From Candidatus Saccharimonadales bacterium (GTDB taxonomy: Bacteria > Patescibacteriota > Saccharimonadia > Saccharimonadales > 2-12-FULL-41-12), in assembly GCA_041600715.1 (NCBI GenBank), contig JBFIJM010000001.1:387-64386 (forward strand): a DNA stretch of 64,000 nt, written 5' to 3'. Within the stretch, counting starts at the first letter, position 1, and the number at the start of each line of letters is the position of its first letter. Below, piece after piece: positions 35,552 through 44,925 of the stretch. A program made the position numbers and the translations under genes. The notes under the pieces are model-generated. The model did no database searches. It was not told the DNA's origin and saw only the letters and a list, made by a program, of their open reading frames with translations.

Positions 35552-38500
35552 ATGAGCGAGCGTGAATACGAACTGATTAAACGAACTATACTCATCGAGA
35601 AACGAACGTTCTTGAATAATTCTAATAACGTCCAGAAATTTGTAAATAATAATAGAGTTAACAAAGTGTTTAGTCATATTTTGAGTCGTCATCCTCGACC
35701 ATTTATGTATTTATCACTTTGCTTGTTGCTACTATTTCAATCTGTTGGCATGGCTCTACTGCCTTCGCTAGCTAACCCTGACAAACTCTACAACCTCTCT
35801 GATGAGACCCAACAATTGACAGGCAAGACCAACGATACTTTATCCAAGAGACTAACCTACGACCCAGAAAAGAAGATCTACCAGTACAACAAAGAAGCCG
35901 CTCCAGCCGGAAACCCAGGTAGTCCAGAAGAAGCAATGGCTTCTGCTCAGCAAAGCCAAAAGGTAGGCGGAGGAGCTGACAACTACACTGTAGACTTATC
36001 CGTTGACCCAACCAAAGGCGTCACTGTCCGCGATGCTACCGATACTTCTGGCTCACTAGCCATCAGTATGGTTCCTCAGTTTGGAGCCCGAGAAGGTAAA
36101 CAAAAAGACGGACGTATAATCTATCCACTAAAAGGTAAGAAAGGTCACCTAGTCTACAGTGTTAAAGCCAATGGTCTCAAAGAAGATATTGTCCTAAGCG
36201 AAGAACAAGGCAATGACCTAGACTTTAGCTACAAACTAAACCTCCCAGAAAGCCTAGAAGCTAAACTACTAGATAACGGCAGTATTGGTATATACTCTGC
36301 CGACACCACACTGTTTGGTAACATCTCCTTTGGCTCAGACCAAGACAGAGATAGGGTAGAGAAAGCCAGAAAGAACGCCGAGAAGAACAACCTAGTCTTC
36401 AATATACCCGCACCAGTAGTAGTCCAAGCCAACAAAGATAACCAAACAAACAGCAAAGATAACCAACAAGACACCAACGAAACCAAGAAAGACAACACAG
36501 TAAAGTCTAAGTTTGAACTAAACGGAGACACCCTAACCGTCAAAACAACCGGACTAAAGAACGCTAACTACCCACTAAGCATAGACCCATCCGTAGCCGT
36601 AACCAGTGCCAGTGACTTCGCTAAAGGCAACCTAGAAGACGGCATAGAGATAGACACCACCAACAACCAGATAAAGAGAGCAGGACTGACTGGGGGGAGT
36701 GTGGGGTCGTGGACGACGGATGGCGGAACAAGCTTTAGTGGTACAAGAACATACGCCGGAACGGTGGCATATAACGGCTATCTTTATCTAATTGGCGGAT
36801 CAGGATCTGGAGGTTATCGGACAGATACTCAATACGCCCCCATAGATCCAAGTGGAGAGATAGGAGCTTGGACTACCAGCGCGTACTCTTTCACAACTGG
36901 TAGAGATAGATTTATGGCTGTGACATACAATGGCTACATTTACATCATGGGTGGCTTTGCTTCCAGTACTTACTACAGGGATGTGCAATACTCAAAAATA
37001 CAGTCAGATGGCTCAATAGGAGCTTGGTCGTCTCTTGCTAGTTTCAATACTCCAGCGCGGTTTGGACACGCAGGCTTTGCATACAACGGCTATATCTATA
37101 TTACTGGCGGGTGTACAGCTGATAACATCATATCTTGTACTGCCTGGACTACGAATGTCCAGTATGCTTCCATCAATGCGGACGGAACACTTGGAGCTTG
37201 GACAAATAACCCCAACAGTTTTCTCAGCGCTAGGTATGGTCACTCAGCCACCGTCTACAACGGTTATATGTACATCATGGGGGGAAATATACAGGGAGGA
37301 AACGCAAACATCATTCAGTACGCATCTATAAATGCTGACGGTAGCGTAGGTACGTTCGCTGTTAGTGCTAACAACTACACGACTAACAGGCAGGAGCACA
37401 CCACTATAGCACTAGCTGGATATCTATACGTCATGGGGGGGAACAACGGTGGTTCATTCCTTAATACTGTTCAGTATGCACCGATTAATGCGGACGGAAG
37501 TATCGGAGTCTGGTCGACATCCACAAATTTCACTACAGCACGCTTCGGTCATGCAAGCATCGCATATAATAACAAGTTGTATATCATTGGAGGTTGTAAT
37601 GCTGGAGCATGCAGTAGCTGGCTTGGAGACGTACAGTATACGTCGATTGATCCGGCGGGCGTTACCAGCACCTACTCTACAACTACATCTTTATCGTCCA
37701 CTAGGTTCGGACACGCATCGGTAACTTACAACGGATACTTATACGTCGTAGGGGGGAATGTAGGCGGTTCATTCAGCGGTAATATCTCCTATGCTCCAAT
37801 AAATTCTAACGGAACTGTTGGCGCTTGGGCTACCGCAGGAACATTTACCACAGCCAGATATCTTTTGACTGCCGTAGCCTATAACGGCCACATGTATATT
37901 ATGGGTGGAACAGACGGAACATACAGGAACATCACACAGTATGCACCCATAAACTCGAACGGCACTCTAGGTACCATAAATAGCACCACGACAACGTTTG
38001 CGGGTGTAAGATCTACTTTTGCATCGGTAGCATACAATGGATATATGTACGTTACTGGTGGCTATAATGGCACAACAAGCATAAGCAGTATCCAATATGC
38101 GCCTATAGATAGCAACGGTAATATAACAACAACTTGGACTGCAGGCACAAACATGTCTGCAAACATCAACGGTCACGCAGTCGTAGCATTTAACAACAAG
38201 CTATATCGCCTAGGAGGAAACAACAACGCGACCGTAGAATACCTTACTATTAATAGCGACGGATCTCTTAGCGCCAGTTGGACTGCTACGACAAGTTTTA
38301 CAACCGGTCGCACACAGTTCTCGGCTACGTTCGACAAGGGTTATATGTATATCTTTGGCGGAGGTAACAACAGTGGCACTTACTATAATGATGTTCAATA
38401 TGCCCTGGTAAATGCTGACGGTACTATCAGCGCTGGTGCATGGAAAACAACACAGAGCATTACCACGGCCCGAGATTTGATGGGGGCTGTGATCCACGGC

Positions 38501-40033
38501 GGTACAGCCTATATTACAGGAGGACGTCATGCCACTACTGATACTGCATGCCATGGTAGTTCAAGCCAATTTTGCTCTGACGTACAGTATGCTCGAGTAA
38601 ATAACGGAGGTACTGGCAGAATTGGAACCACGACAGAAGTTAGTAATTTTTCTAATGAGAGAGGAAGATCCGCGACCGTGGCCTATAACGGTTATCTGTA
38701 TGTGATAGGGGGGTTTCATACCCAAGCACCAGCAGGGGTATTGTCCGATGCACAGTATGCCCCAATCTTATCCGATGGGTCACTCGGAAGCTGGCAATCT
38801 GCGGGCACCGGTGGAACATTGGCGAGTAGCGTCCAGTGGGCTAAAGCACAAGCAAGAAATGGCTATATATATCTTTCGGGAGGCGTATCAAATTCTGGAG
38901 TGTTCCAGGGGGTTAACTACGCTCTAGTTTGCACAGGCGAGAATAACGGAGTACAGGGATGTAACTCAACGCCCGGCACTCTTGGTACATGGACTTCTGC
39001 CGAGGCCGGGGGCTCAATACCTGTTAAATCGTCTGGGAGTGCCATTGCTTTGGTTGACGACTATATATATGTGATGGGGGGCTGTACCAGTTATTCTGGC
39101 ACTAACTGCATATCATTATCTCAATCAGTATATTTCGCTCGTTTCAACTCTAATGGAACCTTGGGGGCTTGGCAATCTACAAATGCATATGGTAACTCAC
39201 GACATTATTACTCTACCTTCGCGTCAAATGGATATATATATCTAAGTGGCGGATGTAATATAGATTGTTCAACTAAGTACGCCGATGTTCAATATTCTAA
39301 AATCCAATCTGACGGGAGTCTAGCGGTTTGGCAAACAACCACAAGATTACCTGAAGCGTCAATATACGCTTCAGGCTCTTCGGCAAACGGGTATGCCTAC
39401 ATTGTGGGAGGTCAGAATTCTTCTGTTAGGTTAGCTTCGGTTTATTTTGCAACAATAAATTCTAACGGAACCATTGGCGACTGGTTTAAAGTGAGCACAA
39501 CTTTTGCCGGTGGTACAGGACTGGACCAAAGTGATGTAGCAAATTATAACGGTTATTTATATGCAACTGGAGGCATATATGACACAGGTAGCACTAATGA
39601 TGTCCATAAAATAGGTCTAAACTCAATTGACCGCAAAGGTTCGTATTCGTACTTGGTTGATCTGGCAGGAGACGGCGTATTAACCAAAATATTAGCACAA
39701 GGCTTAGCCACAAAAGGCTCGAAGATACATTTTGGAGGCAGGAACTCACTGGTTTCTAGTACTTCGTTTGGTGCGACTTCTTTTAACCTAGGTTTTTTAC
39801 CAGGCTCTTTAGTTACTATTCCCGCTACAGAGAGTCGATATAGACAGCTTAAATTTGTTTTAGATGATACTCAAAGCTCAGCATTCCCAGACATTATGAG
39901 CCCCCAGTCTACTCTAGATGATTTTGAGGCGTACTTCAGGGCAGCAACTGATGGTTCAGGCTCTAAACGCCTGAGAGGTGGTAAGACCTTCACCACAGAA
40001 CAGCAACGCTCCCTAGACGCTCAACCACAATAA
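35552..40033 (+). CDS. Large (1493 aa) membrane-anchored protein with about 18 Kelch-like beta-propeller blades
   Basis: The ATG lies 2 nt after the stop of the giant gene. TM FMYLSLCLLLLFQSVGMALL. The unit YNGY.Y..GG....(~15 aa)..QYA.I..DG..G.W......T.R.GH occurs 18 times. Confidence 0.85.
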   Translation: MSEREYELIKRTILIEKRTFLNNSNNVQKFVNNNRVNKVFSHILSRHPRPFMYLSLCLLLLFQSVGMALLPSLANPDKLYNLSDETQQLTGKTNDTLSKRLTYDPEKKIYQYNKEAAPAGNPGSPEEAMASAQQSQKVGGGADNYTVDLSVDPTKGVTVRDATDTSGSLAISMVPQFGAREGKQKDGRIIYPLKGKKGHLVYSVKANGLKEDIVLSEEQGNDLDFSYKLNLPESLEAKLLDNGSIGIYSADTTLFGNISFGSDQDRDRVEKARKNAEKNNLVFNIPAPVVVQANKDNQTNSKDNQQDTNETKKDNTVKSKFELNGDTLTVKTTGLKNANYPLSIDPSVAVTSASDFAKGNLEDGIEIDTTNNQIKRAGLTGGSVGSWTTDGGTSFSGTRTYAGTVAYNGYLYLIGGSGSGGYRTDTQYAPIDPSGEIGAWTTSAYSFTTGRDRFMAVTYNGYIYIMGGFASSTYYRDVQYSKIQSDGSIGAWSSLASFNTPARFGHAGFAYNGYIYITGGCTADNIISCTAWTTNVQYASINADGTLGAWTNNPNSFLSARYGHSATVYNGYMYIMGGNIQGGNANIIQYASINADGSVGTFAVSANNYTTNRQEHTTIALAGYLYVMGGNNGGSFLNTVQYAPINADGSIGVWSTSTNFTTARFGHASIAYNNKLYIIGGCNAGACSSWLGDVQYTSIDPAGVTSTYSTTTSLSSTRFGHASVTYNGYLYVVGGNVGGSFSGNISYAPINSNGTVGAWATAGTFTTARYLLTAVAYNGHMYIMGGTDGTYRNITQYAPINSNGTLGTINSTTTTFAGVRSTFASVAYNGYMYVTGGYNGTTSISSIQYAPIDSNGNITTTWTAGTNMSANINGHAVVAFNNKLYRLGGNNNATVEYLTINSDGSLSASWTATTSFTTGRTQFSATFDKGYMYIFGGGNNSGTYYNDVQYALVNADGTISAGAWKTTQSITTARDLMGAVIHGGTAYITGGRHATTDTACHGSSSQFCSDVQYARVNNGGTGRIGTTTEVSNFSNERGRSATVAYNGYLYVIGGFHTQAPAGVLSDAQYAPILSDGSLGSWQSAGTGGTLASSVQWAKAQARNGYIYLSGGVSNSGVFQGVNYALVCTGENNGVQGCNSTPGTLGTWTSAEAGGSIPVKSSGSAIALVDDYIYVMGGCTSYSGTNCISLSQSVYFARFNSNGTLGAWQSTNAYGNSRHYYSTFASNGYIYLSGGCNIDCSTKYADVQYSKIQSDGSLAVWQTTTRLPEASIYASGSSANGYAYIVGGQNSSVRLASVYFATINSNGTIGDWFKVSTTFAGGTGLDQSDVANYNGYLYATGGIYDTGSTNDVHKIGLNSIDRKGSYSYLVDLAGDGVLTKILAQGLATKGSKIHFGGRNSLVSSTSFGATSFNLGFLPGSLVTIPATESRYRQLKFVLDDTQSSAFPDIMSPQSTLDDFEAYFRAATDGSGSKRLRGGKTFTTEQQRSLDAQPQ
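36698..39622 (+). repeat. Array of about 18 Kelch-type repeats (period about 50-60 aa) within the 1493-aa protein
   Basis: I counted 18 occurrences of [YKHT].[YA][ILVRA].[GS]GG blade cores, from YLYLIGGS to YLYATGGI. Confidence 0.8.
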
Positions 40034-40117
40034 ACATCACCTTTGCAGGATTCGTTCTCGCAAAGACAAGGTGTGTGAAAATGTGTTATGCTAATGGTAT
40101 ATTTTCACGAGGGTGTT

Positions 40118-40888
40118 ATGAAACAAATAGTCGCAGTATTAAATCAGAAAGGTGGAGTAGGTAAGACAACTACTACACTAAACCTTGGTGCATATTTAGC
40201 AAAGATGGGCAATACGGTGTTGGTCGTAGATGCTGATCCTCAAGGTAATGCAACGAGCGGTTTGGGAGTCGACAAAACCAGGCTAGATGTAACATTGTGC
40301 GACGTGCTAGTTTCCGGTATCGACATGAACTCTGCTGTCATTCAGACTTCAACAAAAAATGTAAAATTATTACCAACCGATGCTCGTCTTGCTAGTACAG
40401 AGTTAGATATTGCAGATAACACTGACAGAGAGTTGAAATTAAAAAAAGCTTTGGTTGGACAAGATTACGATTATGTACTAATAGACTGTCCACCGTCACT
40501 GAGTCTTTTGACGATTAATGCATTAACAGCATCAGATCTAGTTCTTATTCCTGTGCAATCAGAGTATTATGCCTTAGAGGGGCTCAGTCAGCTACTGCAA
40601 GTTATGCAACAAGTACAACGTAGCCATAATCCTGATCTGGAGCTTTTAGGCGTGGTGATGACCATGTACGATAAGCGTACCGCACTAAGCCAGCAAGTGT
40701 ATGATGAGGTAGGTAAACATTTTGGCGATAAACTATTGAACACAATAATCCCCCGAAACATCAGGCTAGCAGAAGCACCAAGTCACGGCACGCCGATAAG
40801 TGAATACGATAAATGGAGTAAGGGCGCACGTGCGTATAAAAATCTTGCTAAGGAAATACATAGCCGAGTACAAGGAGGGCATAAGTAA
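40118..40888 (+). CDS. parA: Chromosome partitioning ATPase ParA/Soj
   Basis: Deviant Walker A NQKGGVGKTTT, and DCPPSL. The ATG at 40118 follows GAGGG; the track start at 40088 adds 10 non-conserved residues. Confidence 0.92.
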   Translation: MKQIVAVLNQKGGVGKTTTTLNLGAYLAKMGNTVLVVDADPQGNATSGLGVDKTRLDVTLCDVLVSGIDMNSAVIQTSTKNVKLLPTDARLASTELDIADNTDRELKLKKALVGQDYDYVLIDCPPSLSLLTINALTASDLVLIPVQSEYYALEGLSQLLQVMQQVQRSHNPDLELLGVVMTMYDKRTALSQQVYDEVGKHFGDKLLNTIIPRNIRLAEAPSHGTPISEYDKWSKGARAYKNLAKEIHSRVQGGHK

Positions 40889-41733
40889 TGTGCGCTAGAG
40901 GATTAGGAAAAGGTTTTGGCAGTTTATTGCCGGAAGATTTTGATCAGTCGGTAATGCTCGGGAAAGATGAACGAGTCCACAAGATACTTATAGAGGATAT
41001 TAAACCTGATCCAAAACAGCCTAGGCGTAATTTTGACCAACAGGCAATTGATGAGCTTGCGTCGTCAATTGAGCGCTATGGTATTCTGCAACCAATTGTT
41101 GTTACCAAGATTAATGATCAATACGTAATTATTGCTGGTGAGCGTAGATGGCGAGCTGCCCAGAAAACTAAACTTACACACGTACCTGCATTAGTCCGTA
41201 GCATTGAGGAGTTAGAACGCCTTGAAATCGGTTTGATTGAGAACATGCAACGTGTAGATTTGTCGCCAATTGAACAAGCTGTATCAATAGCGCGACTTAC
41301 TGAACAATTTAACGTAAGCCTGCAAGATGTAGCTACTCGATTAGGCAAAGCTCATACAACCGTCGTAAACACCGTGCGATTATTACAGTTACCTGATTTT
41401 GCACGTCATGCCTTGGAGAATAGCAAAATAAGCGAAGGGCACGCTAGAGCAGTGTTAGCGCTAAAAGACAACACCTCTGCTCAAAAAAAACTCGTTGATT
41501 CTATAGTAGAAAATAAATGGTCTGTCCGCCAAGCAGAAGCATACGTTACGCGTCTAAAAGAAGTTAAAACCATACCGTCGAAGGTCGTTAATAATCCTCA
41601 CAAATCAGAGCAAATACTTAGTGATAAATACGGTGGTATCGTGCGAATACGTACTGGAAAGAACGGTGGTGAAGTATCTTTCAAATTTAAAACGAACAAA
41701 GAGTTTACTCAGTTTTTACAGAGGTTAAACTAA
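40888..41733 (+). CDS. parB: Chromosome partitioning protein ParB/Spo0J
   Basis: GLGKGFGSLLP, P.QPRR.FD, GERRWRAA and an HTH region. The start overlaps the parA stop (TAATG). Confidence 0.92.
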   Translation: MCARGLGKGFGSLLPEDFDQSVMLGKDERVHKILIEDIKPDPKQPRRNFDQQAIDELASSIERYGILQPIVVTKINDQYVIIAGERRWRAAQKTKLTHVPALVRSIEELERLEIGLIENMQRVDLSPIEQAVSIARLTEQFNVSLQDVATRLGKAHTTVVNTVRLLQLPDFARHALENSKISEGHARAVLALKDNTSAQKKLVDSIVENKWSVRQAEAYVTRLKEVKTIPSKVVNNPHKSEQILSDKYGGIVRIRTGKNGGEVSFKFKTNKEFTQFLQRLN

Positions 41734-41735
41734 AA

Positions 41736-42419
41736 TTAAAACGTTTCCCACTTTTCAAAAGGAAAAATTCTAACTAATAGCTTCCCGACAATGTCTTGAG
41801 CTCTTACAGTACCAAGCCCACGTGAATCAAGTGAGTTAACTCTATTGTCTCCCATTACGAATATTTCATCTTCACCGACAAGTTCATCTACATTCCCGGT
41901 GGTCTCTGATATCACAGAAGCTTCAGGTCCCAGCTGGTCAACCAGAAACCCTTGCGGATGCTCGTCGTTATATATTGTCACAAGACTATTCTTTACTACG
42001 ACTCGATCACCAGGAAGCCCTATAACTCTTTTAATGAGTTGTTTTTCTTGGCTGTCATCACCGCCAAATCCACCCTTATGTGTAAATACAATAATGTCAT
42101 AACGATCTGGCAGGTATGGTTTGCCAGTAAATGATGACCATGTTTTTGGCAACTTATTAATAATTAACCTATCTTCGTTTTGAAGAGTTGTCTCCATGCT
42201 AGGTCCATCTACTTGATAAGTTCGAAAAACAAAGTTGATAATTAGGATGGCAAGTAGTGGCGCTGCTAGTAATATGAAAACAGTCGAAAGGTGCTCTTTT
42301 AGCTGTGAGTTTAAGCGGGGTGTGTGGTTAGACTCACCGCTGTCAGGATTAGTTTGCTCATTCATACTATATAAGAGCTTATCATAACTTAAACGTTTTG
42401 GGTTTACGAAACTAGCCAA
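41736..42419 (-). CDS. lepB: Signal peptidase I
   Basis: GPSMETTL (catalytic Ser), KRVIGLPGDRV (Lys) and GDNRVNSLDSR. The start is uncertain: TTG at 42419, or ATG at 42365 (MNEQT...). Confidence 0.88.
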   Translation of the reverse strand: MASFVNPKRLSYDKLLYSMNEQTNPDSGESNHTPRLNSQLKEHLSTVFILLAAPLLAILIINFVFRTYQVDGPSMETTLQNEDRLIINKLPKTWSSFTGKPYLPDRYDIIVFTHKGGFGGDDSQEKQLIKRVIGLPGDRVVVKNSLVTIYNDEHPQGFLVDQLGPEASVISETTGNVDELVGEDEIFVMGDNRVNSLDSRGLGTVRAQDIVGKLLVRIFPFEKWETF

Positions 42420-42456
42420 AAGCAGTTATACTTAATTGTCTTGGACTTTGTAATAT

Positions 42457-44112
42457 ATGGATAATTTTTCAAACAAACAACCAAACGGGCGACGCCCTTC
42501 AATTGATGGAGTTAGTAGTAAACCTAGAGTTCGCTTTAATCAGGGGCCTAGCGTCACACCTCGTTTTGGAGATGCTCCAAAACATTCTCGACCAGAAAAT
42601 CGTCAAGGTTCGCTCAATGATTTTTCCCGCGGGGAAGGATTCCACTCGACTAAACAGCGACAGATTGGCCCAAAGCCTGATTACCACGATCAACCGCTAT
42701 TTATCGAGAGAAAACCTGCTAGAAACCACTCGAAGTTATTGTTTTGGAAACGGGGCGGTGCTAAAAAAGAATTGACCAAGCGTGAAAAAATTAAAAGAGG
42801 CGTACTGGTTGTGGGCGCAAGCGGTACTTTGATATTCGGCGGACTATTAGCTATGGGTTATATTAACTTGCGTAAAGTCTTGCAAGGCGGTGGCGGTGCT
42901 GCGGCACTACAGCAGAACGTTGACCCATCTAAACTTAAAGGCGAAGGCGACGGTAGAGTTAATATTCTACTACTTGGTCGAGGTGGAGAGGGCCATGAAG
43001 GTGCTGATTTAACAGATACTATAATACTTGCGAGTATCGACCCGATAGCGAAGGAGGCTGCCCTAGTTAGTATTCCTCGGGATTTATACGTACCGGTTGT
43101 AGATAATGGATCAATGAAAATTAATGCTGTATTTTCTACTGGAAAACAGCTTTACCTTAATAATTTATCTAGAGAAACTAATCAAACGTATCGTCAGTCA
43201 GAAGACGCAGGCTTCAAATTACTAGAGGACACGCTCCAAGAATCATTAGGGGTGCCAATTCATTATCATGCAATGGTAGATTTCGCTGGGTTTGAAGAAG
43301 CTATTAATACCGTTGGGGGCGTTACAATTAATGCACCGAGCGCTGTGCAAGAAAGTCTTTATATAAATGGTCGGAATTATAATCTTGATGTGCAACCTGG
43401 CACTAGAAGTATGGACGGATTTGAAGCACTGGCATACTCTCGGTCGCGCTATACGAGCGCACGTGGTGACTTCGATCGCTCTGAGCGCCAACGTATTGTC
43501 TTGACCGCACTTAAGGACAAGATTATGTCTGCTGGCACTTTCGGTAATCCGCAGAAAATGACAGAGCTTGTAGGTAACTTCGGGAACCATGTATCCACTA
43601 ACTTTAGTGTTGAGGATCTGCAAAGGCTGTATCAGCTCAGCCAAGAAATTAACTCAAGTAAGATAAGCTCGATTGGGTTTGCCGATCCTCCAAATAGTTT
43701 TGTGACAACGTCTAATATTGGTGGGCAGTCTGTTGTTGTGCCAACCGCTGGTGAGGGGAACTTTAAAGACCTTCAGTCATATCTTCGAAATGTGCTACTT
43801 GATAGTTATCTAAAAAGTGAAAATGCAAGCGTGTTGGTACTTAACGGAACTAATGTGCCAGGACTAGCAAATGCTAAAGCCGAGGAGTTGAAATCTTTCG
43901 GATATAGAGTAGAAAGAGTTGAGAACGCACCAACAAAAGGTTATGAAAAGTCGGTTGTAGTTGACATGAGAGGTGGGGATAAGAAGTATACCAGGAACTA
44001 TCTAGAAAAAAGGTTTAGCGTACCTGCTGTTAACACTCTACCCGATAATACTATCCAGCCAGGTTCAGCTGACTTTGTTATAATTATCGGTAATGATAAC
44101 TCAAGTAACTAA
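42457..44112 (+). CDS. LytR-CpsA-Psr (LCP) family cell-envelope phosphotransferase with C-terminal LytR_C-like domain
   Basis: N-terminal TM, then NILLLGRGGEG...ADLTDTIILASIDP...SIPRDLYV and ..RSRY....GDFDRSERQ. Confidence 0.85.
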   Translation: MDNFSNKQPNGRRPSIDGVSSKPRVRFNQGPSVTPRFGDAPKHSRPENRQGSLNDFSRGEGFHSTKQRQIGPKPDYHDQPLFIERKPARNHSKLLFWKRGGAKKELTKREKIKRGVLVVGASGTLIFGGLLAMGYINLRKVLQGGGGAAALQQNVDPSKLKGEGDGRVNILLLGRGGEGHEGADLTDTIILASIDPIAKEAALVSIPRDLYVPVVDNGSMKINAVFSTGKQLYLNNLSRETNQTYRQSEDAGFKLLEDTLQESLGVPIHYHAMVDFAGFEEAINTVGGVTINAPSAVQESLYINGRNYNLDVQPGTRSMDGFEALAYSRSRYTSARGDFDRSERQRIVLTALKDKIMSAGTFGNPQKMTELVGNFGNHVSTNFSVEDLQRLYQLSQEINSSKISSIGFADPPNSFVTTSNIGGQSVVVPTAGEGNFKDLQSYLRNVLLDSYLKSENASVLVLNGTNVPGLANAKAEELKSFGYRVERVENAPTKGYEKSVVVDMRGGDKKYTRNYLEKRFSVPAVNTLPDNTIQPGSADFVIIIGNDNSSN

Positions 44113-44890
44113 AATCAAGCCTGGCAAAATATTGCCAAAGCTACCAGTACGTAAAATTAAACCAAAGCACGGGTTTGCTCACTTTTTTCACCTGAGCCTT
44201 GTTGCTATCATGCCTCCGGTAGTTTTCGTTTTCGTTAGACTAGAGTTCATTACTGTTGCAGTCGCAATCGTTCTGCTTAGTAAATGGCGAATGTTTGCCG
44301 TACAGCCTCGACATTGGATAGCACACATTCGCACCAACGCGGTCGATATTATCGTTAGTCTCTCCATCCTGAGTTTTATGATTAACTCTCATGATTCTAT
44401 GGCGATACAGTTACTATGGCTAGTGGTGTTCGAAGTATGGCTACTATATGTGAAGCCAGGAACGTCTACAGGGTTTATTGCAATCCAGGCGTTATTAGCA
44501 CAGTTTGCAGGAATGGTCGCAGTGTTTATAAGCTTCACGACGGCTCACTCATCTTTATATGTTTTTACTGCCGTATTAATAGCTTATTTTTCTGCTCGGC
44601 ATTTCTTTGGTGCATTTGAGGAAACGCATGTTATTCAGTATTCATGGCTCTGGGCTTTTTTTGCAACATCTCTTACTTGGATATTGTCACATTGGTTATT
44701 GTTTTATGGCGAGGTAGCACAGCCGGCACTGCTTCTTGGTATTATCGGTTACGGCTTAGCCGGACTTTATTATCTACATGATCGTGACAAACTAACGGCA
44801 ATAGTAAGACGTCAAATCATGTTTGTAGTTATAGCGTTAGTATTTGTGATTATTGCGCTTTCTAACTGGGGTGACGGTATTATCAAGTAG
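44093..44890 (+). CDS. Hypothetical polytopic membrane protein
   Basis: 265-aa ORF with about 7 hydrophobic segments. It overlaps the LCP stop by 20 nt. Confidence 0.55.
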   Translation: MITQVTKIKPGKILPKLPVRKIKPKHGFAHFFHLSLVAIMPPVVFVFVRLEFITVAVAIVLLSKWRMFAVQPRHWIAHIRTNAVDIIVSLSILSFMINSHDSMAIQLLWLVVFEVWLLYVKPGTSTGFIAIQALLAQFAGMVAVFISFTTAHSSLYVFTAVLIAYFSARHFFGAFEETHVIQYSWLWAFFATSLTWILSHWLLFYGEVAQPALLLGIIGYGLAGLYYLHDRDKLTAIVRRQIMFVVIALVFVIIALSNWGDGIIK

Positions 44891-44925
44891 TGTCTTAGCA
44901 GAATACTCTTTGCTATACTATAAAC

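Noticed and set aside
28790-38554. Numerous 60-125-aa antisense or alternate-frame ORFs inside the giant surface genes (for example 28790-29041, 31583-31951, 33950-34324 and 38210-38554, all minus strand), and 1483-1863 (minus) in the first gene
   Set aside because: They are wholly nested in long repeat-supported ORFs. Their P/V/L-rich translations are the expected shadow of GGN/ACN/AGY-rich codons on the opposite strand, and they have no start context.
40034-41733. Replication origin or parS site next to parAB
   Set aside because: I found no cluster of TTATCCACA-like DnaA boxes, no dnaA, dnaN, rpmH or rnpA, and no match by eye to the TGTTNCACGTGAAACA parS consensus in or around parAB. A computational pattern scan would be needed to exclude degenerate sites.
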